Positions 11,740-24,309 of a DNA stretch of 64,000 bases are shown here, in pieces. The notes beneath the pieces are model-generated. The model worked only from the letters and a program-made list of their open reading frames with translations. It searched no databases and was not told the DNA's origin. The first letter of the stretch is position 1; each line of letters begins with the position of its first letter. The stretch is taken from contig NC_058368.1 of the NCBI RefSeq assembly GCF_018350175.1, positions 153,948,001 to 154,012,000 on the forward strand, given 5' to 3'. Source of the stretch: Felis catus. Lineage: Eukaryota. The translations under genes were made by a program, and so were the position numbers.

Positions 11740-12714
11740 AGTAGCAAGCTCTTTTTTTTTTCAAGAGGAAGGCAGTATGAGTTCCTTTTATTTTTTTTTA
11801 TTTTTTTTTATATATATGAAATTTATTGACAAATTGGTTTCCATACAACACCCAGTGCTCATCCCAAAGGGTGCCCTCCTCAATACCCATCACCTACCCT
11901 CTCCTCCCTCCCACCCCCCATCAACCCTCAGTTTGTTCTCAGTTTTTAAGTCTCTTATGCTTTGGCTCTCTCCCACTCTAACCTCTTTTTTTTTTTTCCT
12001 TCCCCTCCCCCATGGGTTCCTGTTAAGTTTCTCAGGATCCACATAAGAGTGAAACCATATGGTATCTGTCTTTCTCTGTATGGCTTATTTCACTTAGCAT
12101 CACACTCTCCAGTTCCATCCACGTTGCTACAAAAGGCCATATTTCATTTTTTCTCATTGCCACGTAGTATTCCATTGTGTATATAAACCACAATTTCTTT
12201 ATCCATTTGTCAGTTGATGGACATTTAGGCTCTTTCCATAATTTGGCTATTGTTGAGAGTGCTGCCATGAACATTGGGGTACAAGTGGCCCTATGCATCA
12301 GTACTCCTGTATCCCTTGGATAAATTCCTAGCAGTGCTATTGCTGGGTCATAGGGTAGGTCTATTTTTAATTTTCTGAGGAACCTCCACACTACTCGACA
12401 CATCCCCAAAGGCAAGGGAATTAAAAGCAAAAGTGAATTACTGGGACCTTATGAAGATAAAAAGCTTCTGCACAGCAAAGGAAACAACCAACAAAACTAA
12501 AAGGCAACCAACGGAATGGGAAAAGATATTCGCAAATGACATATCGGACAAAGGGCTAGTATCCAAAATCTATAAAGAGCTCACCAAACTCCACACCCGA
12601 AAAACAAATAACCCAGTGAAGAAATGGGCAGAAAACATGAATAGACACTTCTCTAAAGAAGACATCCGGATGGCCAACAGGCACATGAAAAGATGTTCAG
12701 AGTAGCAAGCTCTT
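11740..12714 (-). mobile_element. Young feline LINE-1 insertion: 5'-truncated, 5'-inverted, with a short 3' transduction
   Basis: TSD agtagcaagctctt at 11740-11753 and 12701-12714. Minus-strand 3'UTR plus ORF2 C-terminus ([18 protein letters not shown]...SLLCGS*) at ~11786-12392. Plus-strand ORF2 segment ([16 protein letters not shown]...MKRCS) at ~12393-12699. Confidence 0.95.
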
Positions 12715-12799
12715 ATGTGGTAAATTCAGCGGTTTCTTCTCAACTGGTCTTTTTCTGTGTGGGGATCATCTTTATTTTCCCAAGTAATAACGATAGTAA

Positions 12800-13030
12800 A
12801 GGAAACTTACATTTATTGAGTGTCTACTCTGTGACAGGCCATATACTAGGCATTACACAAATTACCTCATCTAATTCTTGTGATCCTATAACAGTACTAT
12901 TATTATCCAGTACTTACAGTAAAGAAACTGAGGTTTACAGAGCTTTAATGATTTGCCTCATGGCAAAAAAGCAGCAAAGAGGAAATCCTGGGTTTTTACC
13001 AGGGTTATCTGATTCTATTGACTTTGCTTT
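12800..13030 (-). mobile_element. MIR
   Basis: 'acttacatttattgagtgtctactctgtgacaggc...attacctcatctaattctt...acttacagtaaagaaactgagg'. Confidence 0.8.
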
Positions 13031-13219
13031 CAGTTATTAATCAACTGTGTATAATGATTGTCCATGACTCAAGTTTGGACAAGGTTTGTATGGACCATTC
13101 TAGGAATAGTTGGTCAGGTGTTGGCAAAAAATAATTTTATTGTATTTCTGTTTTTTTTTTTATGGATGAGTATTTCTTGCCAGAGGGGACTATGAGTATT
13201 ACCATCAGTATATTTAACA

Positions 13220-13790
13220 ATATTTATTAATGTGTATTTTATGTAACATAAAATACACCCATTTTAAGGATACAGCCCATGAATTTTAGTAACTTTACAA
13301 ATGTAAAACAATCATCACCACATATCCATTTTGGAATATCTTTATTCTTTCAGTAAGATCCCTTATGGTCATATATAGTATATTCCTATTTCCACCCCAG
13401 CCACGAGGCAACCACTAACTTACTTTATGTCTTTACAAATTTTTCATTTCTGTAAATTTTATGTAAATGTAATCATGATGTAAAGTCTCTTATGTTTGAC
13501 TTCTTTTACCTAGCAGAATGTTTTTGATCTTCATCCATGATATTGCATATGTCAGTAGTTCATTTATTTTTATCACTGAATAGCATTCAACTGTATGAAT
13601 ATGTCACTATGAGTGTACTCATTCACAAGTTGATGCACATTTAATTTGTTTCTAGCTTGGGACTATTATGAATAGTGATGCCATTAATATTAGTTTGTAA
13701 ATTTTTGCTGGGTCATATACTAGTTTTATATCTAACTTTTTGAGAAACTGTTGAACTCTTTTCCAAAGTGGCTGCGGTATTTAATACTAT
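13220..13790 (-). mobile_element. Old L1 (L1MB/ME-like) 3' fragment
   Basis: 'aggcaaccactaacttacttt...ttcatccatgatattgcat...gagaaactgttgaactcttttccaaagtggctg'. Confidence 0.75.
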
Positions 13791-13975
13791 CAGTCTTAAC
13801 CTTAACATTTAGTCTTCTTTCCCTTGTGTTTCCTGGCTGAGGCCTCAAGTGGCCCATAAAAGACATTATCTCTTCAGACTTCCTCTCTCCGTTTTCATAT
13901 TTGCTCTCATTCTATTTTTACATAGTTTCTTACAGATCTTTTTAATTTTTAATTGTAATTAAACCATTTTAAATT

Positions 13976-14007
13976 ACACACACACACACACACACGCACA
14001 CACACAC
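13976..14007. repeat. (CA)n microsatellite
   Basis: Direct reading of the repeat. Confidence 0.95.
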
Positions 14008-14715
14008 CTGTGTGCGCACTTCCTAAATGAACAGCTTCCTGACTTTTTTCCAAATCTAACATACATCTATGTAAGCACAACATATTTTGTGATATGGGAT
14101 ATAAGACCAGCACAAAAGAACCTGTCTCATTGTTTTACCCTATCTCCAAGAGATAACCAGTATTCTACCTTCTATAGTAATAGGTTAATTTTTAAAATTA
14201 TTGATCCTTATATAAAATGAATTGTTTTTATTCTCTTTTTACAACAGCTGTATTGAGCTGTAAGTTAAATATTATAAAATACACCCTTATAAAATGAAAA
14301 CTTAATGGTTTTTGTTACAGTTACATAGTTGTTCAACTTTCAGCATTATCTCATTGTAGAACATTTTTATCACCCCAAAAACCCATATCCATTAATCCAT
14401 ATCACTTCCTATGCCCTTTCCATCTCAGTCCCTGGCAACCATTAATCTGTTTCTGTGTTTATGAATAAACATATTCTAGACATTTTATATAAACGGAATC
14501 ATACATTATATCGTCCTGTGTGAATTTTTTAACATAGCAAAATGTTTGCGAAGTTTATACATGTTGTTGTATGTATCAATGCTCATTCTTTAACTCCGAA
14601 CAAGATTCCATCATGCAGATATACCACATTAGGCCATCCCTCTATCAGTTGATGGACATTTAATTAGTTTCCACTTTGTGGCTATTATGACTATTGTTTC
14701 TAACACTTGAGTATA

Positions 14716-14717
<2 letters not shown>

Positions 14718-14756
<39 letters not shown>
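14718..14756. repeat. (TG)n microsatellite
   Basis: Direct reading. A second, interrupted (TG)n lies at ~15316-15350. Confidence 0.95.
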
Positions 14757-14760
<4 letters not shown>

Positions 14761-16075
14761 ATATATTTAATTCTCTTGGGTATAAATCTAGGAGTGGAAT
14801 TGTTGCATCATATGGGAACTCTAAGTTTAATATTTTGAGAAATTACCAAACTGTTTTCCAAAGTGAATGCACCATTTTACAATCCCACCAACAATTCATG
14901 AGAGTTCCAGTTTCTTTACTTCTTCTCTAACATTTATTATTATTTGTCTTTTTTATTTTAACTATTTTAATAGGTCTGAAGTGGTATTTCATTGTGGTTT
15001 TGCTTTACATTTACTAATGAAAATTACTAATTACTAATTACTAATGCTGTTAAGCATCTTTTTGTGTACTGATTGACCATACATTTATCTTCATTAGATA
15101 ACTATCTTTTGAAATCTTTTCTTGCTTTTAATTTGATTATCTTTTTATTGATGAGTGGAAAGATTTTTTATATATTCTTGATGCAAGTCCCTTATCAGAT
15201 GTATAATTTGCAAATGTTCTTCCTAATCTCTGGGGTGTCTTTTCACTTTTTAAATGTATTTTCTGAAGCACAAGATTTTTAAATTTTAATGAAGTACAAT
15301 TTATCTAATATTTCTGCGTGTGTGTGTGTGTGTATGTGTGTGTGTGTGTGTTGTCCTATCTAAGAAATCACTGCAAACCCAAGATCACAAAGATTTACTC
15401 TTCTACTTCCTTCTAGGAATTTAATAATTTTGCCTTGTCCCTGTATTTAGGTCTATAAACCATTGGATTAATTTTGGTGTGTGGTGTGAAGTAGGAATCG
15501 GACTTTATTTTTGCATATAGTATCATTTGTCTTCGCAGTTTTTATTAAAACGCTATTCTTTCCCCCATTTAATTGACTTGGCACCATTGTTGAAAATTAA
15601 TTGGCCATAAACCTAAGGTTTTATTTCTGGACTCTCAGTTGTATTCCATTGATATATATGTTTATCCTTAAGCCAATACCATACTGTCTTGAATATCTTA
15701 ACATTGTACTAGCTTTTGAAATCATAATTCTTGGGTCCTTAAACTGTTTCTCTTTTTCACAATTATTTTGGCTATTCTGTATCCCTTGAATTTCCATATG
15801 AACTTTAGGGTGAGTTCATCACTTAGGCAAAAATAGCATCTGAGATTTTGATAAGAATTGCTTTGAATCTGTCGATCAATTTAAGAAGTGTCACCATCTT
15901 AACAATTTAAATCTGTCATTCTGTGAATATATGATGCCTTTCCATTTACTTGTCTCCTTTAAATGTTTTCAATATTTTGTAATTTTCAGTAAAAACTACA
16001 CTACTTTTATTATGTTTGCCATTATGTATTTTATTATTTTTTCATTCCATTGTAACTTGCTATTATTTTTATAAG

Positions 16076-16274
16076 TGTTTTTTAAAAATGTTTATTTATT
16101 TTTGAGAGAGAGCATGAATGAGGGAGAGGAGGAGAGGATATATAGAAAGAATCCCAACCAGGCTCCACATTCAGCATGAAGCCTGATGCAGGGCTTGATC
16201 CCAGGACTGCGAGTTCATGAGCTTAGCTAAAATCAAGAGTGTCACGCTTAACTGACTGTGCCACCCAGGAGCCC
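16076..16274 (-). mobile_element. CAN-SINE inside old L1
   Basis: Antisense SINE body ending 'actgactgtgccacccaggagccc'. Confidence 0.92.
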
Positions 16275-17312
16275 ATAATTATTCTCTTAATTTTATTTTT
16301 CAATTGTTCATTGTTAATGTATGTAAATACATTTGGTGTTTGTGTGTTGATTTTGCATCCTGCAACTTTGTTGAACTCATTCATTACTTGTAATAGCATA
16401 TTGTGTGAATTCATAGGATTTTCTAGAAACAAGATTTTGTCATGCAAGAATACAGATGGTTTTACTTCTTCTTTCTTTCCAACTGGGTGAATTTGCTTTT
16501 CTTGTCTAATTATCCTAGTAAGACAACCTTTAGTACAGAATTAAATAGAAATAGTAAGAGATGGCAGCTTTGCTTTGTTCCTGACGTTAAGAGGGAGTTA
16601 TTCATTCTTTCATAAGTATGGTGTAAGCTGTGGGTTTCTCATGGATACTCATTATTAGGTTGAGGACATTCTCTTGTACTTCTAGTTTGTTGAATCCTTT
16701 TTATTATTGCAGCACATTGGATTGCATGACATATCTCTCCTGCCTCTTATTTGTATTATGCTGTGGTTTTGCCCTTTATCCTACTAATGAGGTGTATGAT
16801 AGTGATTGATATTAGGCATTAAAACAAACTTGTAATTTTGGATAAATTCCACTTGGTCATAGTGTATATAATCCTTTGTATATAAGCTGGATTCTGTGTG
16901 CTAGTGTTTTGTTGGGGATTTCTACATACACATTCATAATGGATGTAGGTCTATAATTATTCTTTCTTATGATGTATATTCTGGTTTCAGTATCAGGCTA
17001 GTATTAATGTCCATGTTCTTCCCAATTCTATTTTTGGAAGATTCTGTGAAGGATTGGAATTAATTCCTCTTAAAGTATTTGGTAAAATTCATTTATAAAG
17101 CTTGGGACTGGACTTTTCATTGTGGTAAGTTGATTTTTGTTTGTTTGTTTTTTTAAGTAGCAACTCAATGTCTTTTGTTTGTGTAAGACCATACACATTT
17201 CTTATGTTTTTAATAGTCACTTTGGTTGTTGGTGTCTTTCTAGAAATTTTCCAATTTCATTTAGATAGTCTAATTTTCACAAAAAGTTGTTAATATTCCC
17301 TTATAACTATTT

Positions 17313-17524
17313 AAAAAATTTTAATGTGTATTTATTTCTGAGAGAGAGACAGAGCATGAGTAGGGAAGGAACAGAGAGAGAGAGGGAGAGACACAGAATC
17401 TAAAGTAGACTCCAGGCTCTGAGCTGTCAGCACAGAGCCCGACTTGGACTCAAACTCATGAACCGTGAGATCATGACCTGGGCCAAAGATGGGCCCTTAA
17501 CCAACTGAACCACTCAGGTGCCCC
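17313..17524 (-). mobile_element. CAN-SINE (SINEC_Fc-like) inside old L1
   Basis: Antisense SINE. TSD ccttat(a/g)actattt. Confidence 0.95.
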
Positions 17525-18159
17525 TCCTTATGACTATTTTTATTTCATTAAAGAAGTAGTGGTGCCTCCTATTTTACAACTGATTTTAGTAATTTGAATC
17601 ATTTTTTCTTGGTCAGCCTAACTAACGTTTTATTAATTTTCTTGATCTTTTCAAAGACTCATCCTTTGTTTTTGCTATTATTTTTCAATTATTTAGTTAT
17701 TCTCTATTTCAATTTTTTTCTCAAACCCTCATTATCTCCTTTTTTATGCTTGCTCTGAGTTTACTTTGACCTTTTGTTTTCTAGTTTTGTAAGATGAAAT
17801 TTTACGTTATTGATTTGAGATCTTTCATCTTTTTTAATATAAATATTTACAGGTATAAATATTTTTAATGTAAATATTCACAGTATCCCTATGAATACTA
17901 TTTTTACTGCACTGAATAAATGTATTTATATTGCGTTTTTATTTCCATTTTTCTCAAAGTATTGTGCAATTTTTCTTGGAATACTTTTGACAAAGAATAA
18001 TAATCTTTAAATGATTATTTATGAGTATATTCCTTAATTTCCACAAATTTGTGAAATTTCCAAACTTCATTCTGTTACTGATTTCTAATTTTATTCCATT
18101 TTGGTTAGAGAACATAGTTTGTATGAATTCAGTAATTTTAAGTTTATGGAGGCTTTCTT

Positions 18160-19030
18160 TCATTTCTTTTTTGTTTGGCTTACTTCACTCAACATTGTAT
18201 TTGTGAGATTTATCTCTTTGTTTGTTTGTTTAGCTTTGTAATGCCTCCATAATGTGAATATTACACAATTAATTACCTATTAAATTGATGGGTAATGATG
18301 AGTAAATTGTTTAGATTATTTGCATTATTTTTTTACATTTTATATGCATATTTTGGTGCACACGTGTATGCACTTTTTTGTGTATATAACTTGGAATAGA
18401 ATTAGTTGGTTATAGGAATATATGTATTATGTGTGTGTATGTATTTAAGTGTAGCAGATACTTTAGCAGATAATTTGTTTTCCCACAAACAATGTATGAC
18501 AGTTTTACTTTTTCACATCCTCACCAGTATTGCACTTTCACTGTGTTTTAATTTTAGGTCTTTTGGTAGGTATATATGGCCGTCTTTTTAAATTTTTTTT
18601 TAAAAATCTTTATTAGTTTTGAGAGAGAGACAGCGTGTGAGCAGGGGAGGAGCAGAGAGAGAGGGAGACACAGAATCCAAAGCAGGCTCCAGGCTCTGAG
18701 CTGTCAGCACAGAGCCTGATGCAGGGCTCGAACTCATGAACCATGAGATCATGACCTGAGCCAAAGTCGGATGCTCAACCGACTGAGCCACCCAGGCGCC
18801 CCTATATATGGCAGTCTTAATGTGACTTTAATTTGCATTCTCTGGTGGCTAATGAGGTTGAGCCCCTTTTCATGTTTATTGGACAGTAGGACACAGTCTT
18901 TATGTGTCTATTCAAGAACTTTTTTGTCCATATTCTGTTATTACATTCCCTATAATTTTTAGGAGTGTATATATATTCTGAGTATGCATATTTCACCTGT
19001 GTGTGTATGTGCTACAAATATTTTCTAGAT
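18160..19030 (-). mobile_element. Ancient L1 (L1ME-like) 3' fragment
   Basis: 'ttcactcaacattgtatttgtgagatt...tcccacaaacaatgtatgacagtt...ttaatttgcattctctggtggctaatgaggttgagc'. Confidence 0.7.
18587..18802 (-). mobile_element. CAN-SINE (SINEC_Fc-like)
   Basis: Antisense SINE. TSD tatatatggc(c/a)gtctt at 18571-18586 and 18803-18818. Confidence 0.96.
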
Positions 19031-19199
19031 TAAGGAATTCTCACATTTTCAGTTTGCTGTTTTTATCTTGATCAGGTGAAGAATTATAACAAATTTTGTG
19101 CAATGAAGATGATTTTATAAATTTTCTCATTTATTCTTTAGCTCATTTATTTATTTTTTAGTATAAAACTAATCTCGCACTCTTGAAATAAAGCATTGT

Positions 19200-20235
19200 C
19201 CAGATGTATTAACTTTTAAATTTTTACTAGCTTTTTTTCTTATTATGTTTAATATTTTGGGATTATTTTCACAAAAGAAATTGACCTGTAATTTTCTCTC
19301 TCATTTTTTTCCAGGTTTGGTTTCAGAGTCATGCTGCTCTCATAGAATGGCTTTGAAGGTATTTCTTACTTTTCTATTCTTTGGCAGAGTTTGTTTCAAT
19401 AGGCATGTTTCTTTCTACATATTTGAAAACTACCAGTGAAGCAATCTGGTCCTAAGGTTTTCTTTGTAAGTTGGCTTTTCTTTATGAATTCAGTTTATTA
19501 ATATCTATATTACTATTCACATTACTTATTTTTCAGTCATTTGTGGTAAGTTTTCAAATTTATTGGCATATGATTGGTCATAATACCTTATTTGTATCTT
19601 CTTAATGTTTCTATGTTTAATGGAGAGTGTGATGCTAAGTGAAATAAGCCATACAGAGAAAGACAGATACCATATGTTTTCACTCTTATGTGGATCCTGA
19701 GAAACTTAACAAAAACCCATGGGGGAGGGGAAGGAAAAAAAAAAAAGAGGCTAGAGTGGGAGAGAGCCAAAGCATAAGAGACTCTTAAAAACTCAGAACT
19801 GAGGGTTGATCGGGGTGGAAGGGAGGGGAGGGGAGGTGATGGGTATTGAAGAGGGCATCTTTTGGGATGAGCACTGGGTGTTGTAATGTTTCATTCTTGA
19901 TATTGGTTGTGATTTCTCTCTTTTTTGCCCTTGATCAATATTTCTGGGTGTTATTAATCTTGCCAAATAAACAAAGTTTTGCTATTTAAGTTTTATTCTC
20001 ACGTTGACATATTTCCTTTGTCATTAACCTATGATCTTACTTTTGCTATTTCTTTTCTTGTACATTCTGTGGGCCTAATTTGCTCTTGTTTGCTAACTTC
20101 TTGAAATTGATATTGTGATAGTTTATTTTCGATAACATATTCATTTAAGGTTACAAATATTTCTCTAAGCTTATCTATAGGTTCATACCAAAGTTTGATA
20201 TGCAATATTATTAATTCAGTTTAAAATATATTTTT
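19200..20235 (-). mobile_element. Ancient L1M ORF2 fragment (host of later L1 insertions; resumes at ~26991-27540)
   Basis: Decayed antisense ORF2 text ('taccagtgaagcaatctggtcct', 'cttgatcaat...ttattaatctt'). The text continues collinearly after 26990. Confidence 0.65.
19621..19885 (+). mobile_element. Young feline L1 3' fragment lacking poly(A) signal and tail
   Basis: Closely matches the reverse complement of ~11843-12110 (ORF2 end and 3'UTR) but stops at 'gggtgttgta', before the aataaa signal and tail. Confidence 0.92.
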
Positions 20236-20485
20236 ATGCTTCCACACATACTTTTGTTTTTTTGTTGTTATTTTGTTTTTCCAAATTTTTATTATATTCT
20301 AGTTGGTTAACATATAGTGTAATATTGGTTTCAGGCATAGAATTTAGTGATTTATCACTTACATATAACATCCAGTACTCATCATAACAAGTGCACTCCT
20401 TAATACCGATGGCCCATTTAGCCCATCCCTACCCACCTCCCTCTGGGTCAACCCTCAGTTTATTCTCTATCACTAAGAGTCTCTT

Positions 20486-20705
20486 GGGGCATCTGGGTGG
20501 CTCAGTCGGTTAAGCGTCCAACTTCAGCTCAGGTCATGATCTCACGGTCCGTGAATTCGAGCCCCACGTTGGGCTCTGTGCTGACAGCTCAGAGCCTGGA
20601 GCCTGTTTCAGATTCTGTGTCTCCCTCTCTCTGACCCTCTCCCATTTGTGCTCTCTCTCTCTCTGTCTCAAAAATAAATAAACGTTAAAAATTTTTTTTA
20701 AAAAA
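20486..20705 (+). mobile_element. CAN-SINE (SINEC_Fc-like) in L1 3'UTR
   Basis: Canonical SINE. TSD agagtctctt. Confidence 0.96.
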
Positions 20706-20933
20706 GAGAGTCTCTTAATTTTTATTTCCCTTTCTCTCTCTCTTCTTTTCCTTCCATTTATTCATCTGTTTTGTTTCCTAAATTCCACATATGAGTGAAA
20801 TCATATGGTATTTGTCTTTCTCTAACTTATTTTCCTCAGCATAATACACGCTAGCTCCATCCACATTGTTGCAAATGGCAAGATTTCATTCTTTTTAATT
20901 GCTGAGTAATACTTCATTGTTTATATAGACCAC

Positions 20934-21176
20934 CTTTTCTTTTTTTTTTTCAGTTTATTATTTTAAGAGATAGAGAGAGCATGAGTGGTCTCAGAGAGAG
21001 AGTTGGCAGAGAGTTAGAGAGGTAGAGAGAGAGAGGGTGAGAGAGAGAATCCCAAGCAGGCTCTGCACTGTCAGCACAGAGCCCAACACTGGGCTTGATC
21101 TCACGAACTATGAGATTATGACCTGAGCCAAAATCAAGAGTTGGACGCCTAACCTACTGAGTCACCCAGGCACCCC
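20934..21176 (-). mobile_element. CAN-SINE inside L1
   Basis: Antisense SINE body with expanded GA-rich tract. Degenerate TSD ending ccacct. Confidence 0.93.
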
Positions 21177-23767
21177 AGCATAAAATATGCCACCTATTCT
21201 TTATCCATTCGTCAGTCAATGGACATTTGGTCTCTCTCCATAGTTTGGCTGTTGTTGAAAATGATGCTATAAACATTGGGATGTATGTACCCCTTCAAAT
21301 ATATTTTTGTATCCTTTGGGTAAATACCTAGTACTGCAATCACTGGATCTTAGGGTAGTTCTATTTTTAAGTTTTTGAGGAACCTCCATACTGTTTTCCA
21401 GAGAGGCTGCATCAATTTGTATTCCTACCACAAATGTAAGAGTTCCCTTTTCTCTGTATCTTCACCAACATCTGTTGTTTCCTGCTGTTAATTTTAGCCA
21501 TTCTGACAATCGTGAAGTGGTATTGTAGTTTTATTTGCATTTCCGCGATGATGAGTGATGTTGAGAATCCTTTCATGTGTCTGTTAGCCATCTGGAGATG
21601 TCTTCTTGGAAAAATGTCTAGTCATATCTTGTGCCCATTTCTTAACAATACTATTTATTTTTTCGGTATTGAGTTTAGTAAGTTCTTATATATTGTGGAT
21701 ACTAAACCTTTATCAGCTATGTCATTTGCAAATATTTTCTCCCATTTCACAGGTTGCCTTTTAGTTTTGTTGATTGTTTCCTTTGCAGTGCAGAAGCTTT
21801 TTATCTTGATGAAGTCCCAAAAGTTTGTTTTTAATCTAATAAGAAGTTGTTACGGGTGTGTTCTCCTCTATGATTTTGATTGTTTCCTGCTTCTCATTTA
21901 GGTCTTTTATCCATTTTGAATTTAATTTTGTGTATTATGGAAGAAAATGGTCATTTTCATTCTTCTGCATGCTGCCATCCAGTTCTCCCAATACCATTTG
22001 TTGAAAAGACTGTCTTTTTTCCCTTGGATATTCTTTCTCCTGCTTTTTCAAGGATTAGTTGACCTTATAATTGTGGGTCCATTTCTGGGTTTTCTATTCT
22101 GTAACTTGGATTTATGTGTCTGTTTTTGTGCCAGCACTATACTGTTCTGAGGATTAGAGGTTTGTAATATAACTGGAAGTCTGGAATTGTGATGCCTCTA
22201 GCTTTGCTTTATTTCCCCCAAGATTGCTTTGGCTATTTGGGGTCTTTTTGGTTCCATACAGATTCTAGGCTTGTTTCTTATAGCACTGAGACAACTGCTG
22301 GTGGCATTTTGAAAGGGATTGCATTAAATGTGTAGATTGCTTTGGGTAGTATAGACATTTTAACAATATTTGTTCTTCTATGCATGAGCATGGAATTTTT
22401 CTCCTTTTGTGTGTGTGTGTGTTCTCTTCAATTTCTTTCATCAGTGTTCTGTAGTTTTGAGAGAACAGACATTGTACCTCTTTGGTTAGGCTTATTCCTA
22501 GGTATCTTATAGTTTTTTGTTGCAATTGTAAATGGGATCAATTCCTTGATTTCTTTTTCTGCTGCTTCTTTCTTGCTGTATAGAAATGCAGCCGATTTCT
22601 GTACATTGATTTATATACTGCGACTTTGCTGAGTTCATGTATTAGTTCTGGCAATTTTTGGTGAATGCTTTTGGGTTTTATACATAGAGTATCATGTCAT
22701 CTGCAAATAGTCAAAGTTGACTTGTTCCTTGATGATTTGGATGGTTTTTATTTCTTTCTGTTTTCTGATCACTGAAGCTAAGACTTCCAGTACGATGTTA
22801 AATAGTAACGGTGACAATGGAGATCCTTGTCATGTTCCTGACTGTGGAAGAAAAGCTCTCAGTTTTCCCCCACTGAGAATGATATTAGCTGTGGGTCTTT
22901 GGTATATGGCTTTTATGATATTGAGGTATGTTCCATCTATCCCTACTTTGTTGAGGGTTTTTATCAGGAATGGATGCTGTATTTTGTCAAAGAGTTTTTC
23001 TGCATCTATTGAGAAGATCATATGGTTCTTGTCCTTTCTTTTATTAAAGTGGTATATCACATTGATAGTTTTGTGAATATTGAACCAGTCGTGCAGCCCA
23101 GGAATAAATCCCACTTGATTATGGTGAATAATTCTTAATGTACTGTTGGATTCGATTTGCTAGCATTTTGTTGAGAATTTTTGCATCAGAATTTTTTCAT
23201 CCAGGATATTGGCCTGTAATTCTTTTTAGTGTAGTCTTTGGTTTTGGAATCAAGGTACTATTGGCTTTATGGAATGAGTTTGGAAGTTTTCCTTCTATTT
23301 CTATTTTTTGGAACAGTTTGAATAGGTATTAACTCTTTAAATACTTGGTAGAATTCCCATGGGGAGCCATCTGACCCTGGACTTTTGTTTTTTGGTAAAT
23401 ATTTTATTATTGATTCCATTTATTTGCTGGTTATGGGTCTTTTCACATTTTCTATTTCTTCTTCTTTCAGTTTTGGGTGTTTGTATGGTTCTAAGAATTT
23501 GTCCATTTCTTCAGCTGTTCCTTTTCCAGCTCCTTAAAGTGGAAAATTGAGTTGTATATTTGAGACTTTTCTTCCTTCTTGAGCTAAGCCTGGTTTGCAA
23601 TATACTTCCCTCTTAAGACAGTCTTTGCTGCATTCCAAAGGTTTTGGACTGTCATGTTTTCATTTTCATATGCTTTCATGTATTTTTAAATTTCTTCTTT
23701 AATTTACTTGTTAATCCATTTATTCTTTGGTAGGATGTTCTTTAATCTCCATGTGTTTGTGTTCTTT

Positions 23768-23801
<34 letters not shown>

Positions 23802-24113
23802 GTTGACTTCAAGTTTCATAGTATTGTGAACTGAAAATATGCATGGGATGACCACTATCTTTTGTACCTGTTGAGGGCTGGTTTGTGACCAGTATGTGAT
23901 CTATTCTGGGGAATGTTCCATGTGCATTTGAAAAGAATGTGTATTTTACTGCTTTAGGATGAAATGATCTGAATATATCTGTTAAGTCCATTTAGTCCAG
24001 TGTGTCATTCAAAGCCATTGTTTCCTTGTTGATTTTTCTGCTTAGATAATCTGTCCATTGTTGTAAGTGTGGTGTTAAAGTCCCCTACTATTATGGTATT
24101 ATTAACAGTAAGC

Positions 24114-24309
24114 TTATTTTTTTTAAGTTTATTTTATTTATTTTGAGAGAGAATGAGAGAGAGAGAGTAAGAGGGAGAGAGAATCCCAAGTAGTCTCTGC
24201 TGTCAGCAAGGAATCTGACGAAGGGCTCAGTCTCATGAACCATGCGGTCATTACCTGAGCTGAAATCAAGATTTGGAGGCTTAACTGACTGAACAACCCA
24301 GGCATCTCC
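24114..24309 (-). mobile_element. CAN-SINE inside L1 EN region
   Basis: Antisense SINE ending 'ttaactgactgaacaacccaggcatctcc'. Confidence 0.92.

Larger units (their letters stand above)
14230..18135 (-). mobile_element. Old LINE-1 (L1MB-like), ~3.9 kb 3' portion, interrupted by two SINEs and two (TG)n tracts
   Basis: Continuous antisense L1 3'UTR/ORF2 text. Decayed ORF2 peptides 'LQVMNEFNKVAGCKINTQ' (16223-16447) and 'FSNQNGIKLEISNRMKFG' (17954-18163). Confidence 0.85.

Noticed and set aside
23770..23800. 31-nt poly(T) as a separate retro-insertion
   Set aside because: It sits at an A-rich position of L1 ORF2 with collinear L1 text on both sides and no TSD, so it is a homopolymer expansion. 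The C16 at 26341-26356 and G12 at 29210-29221 look like similar expansions.
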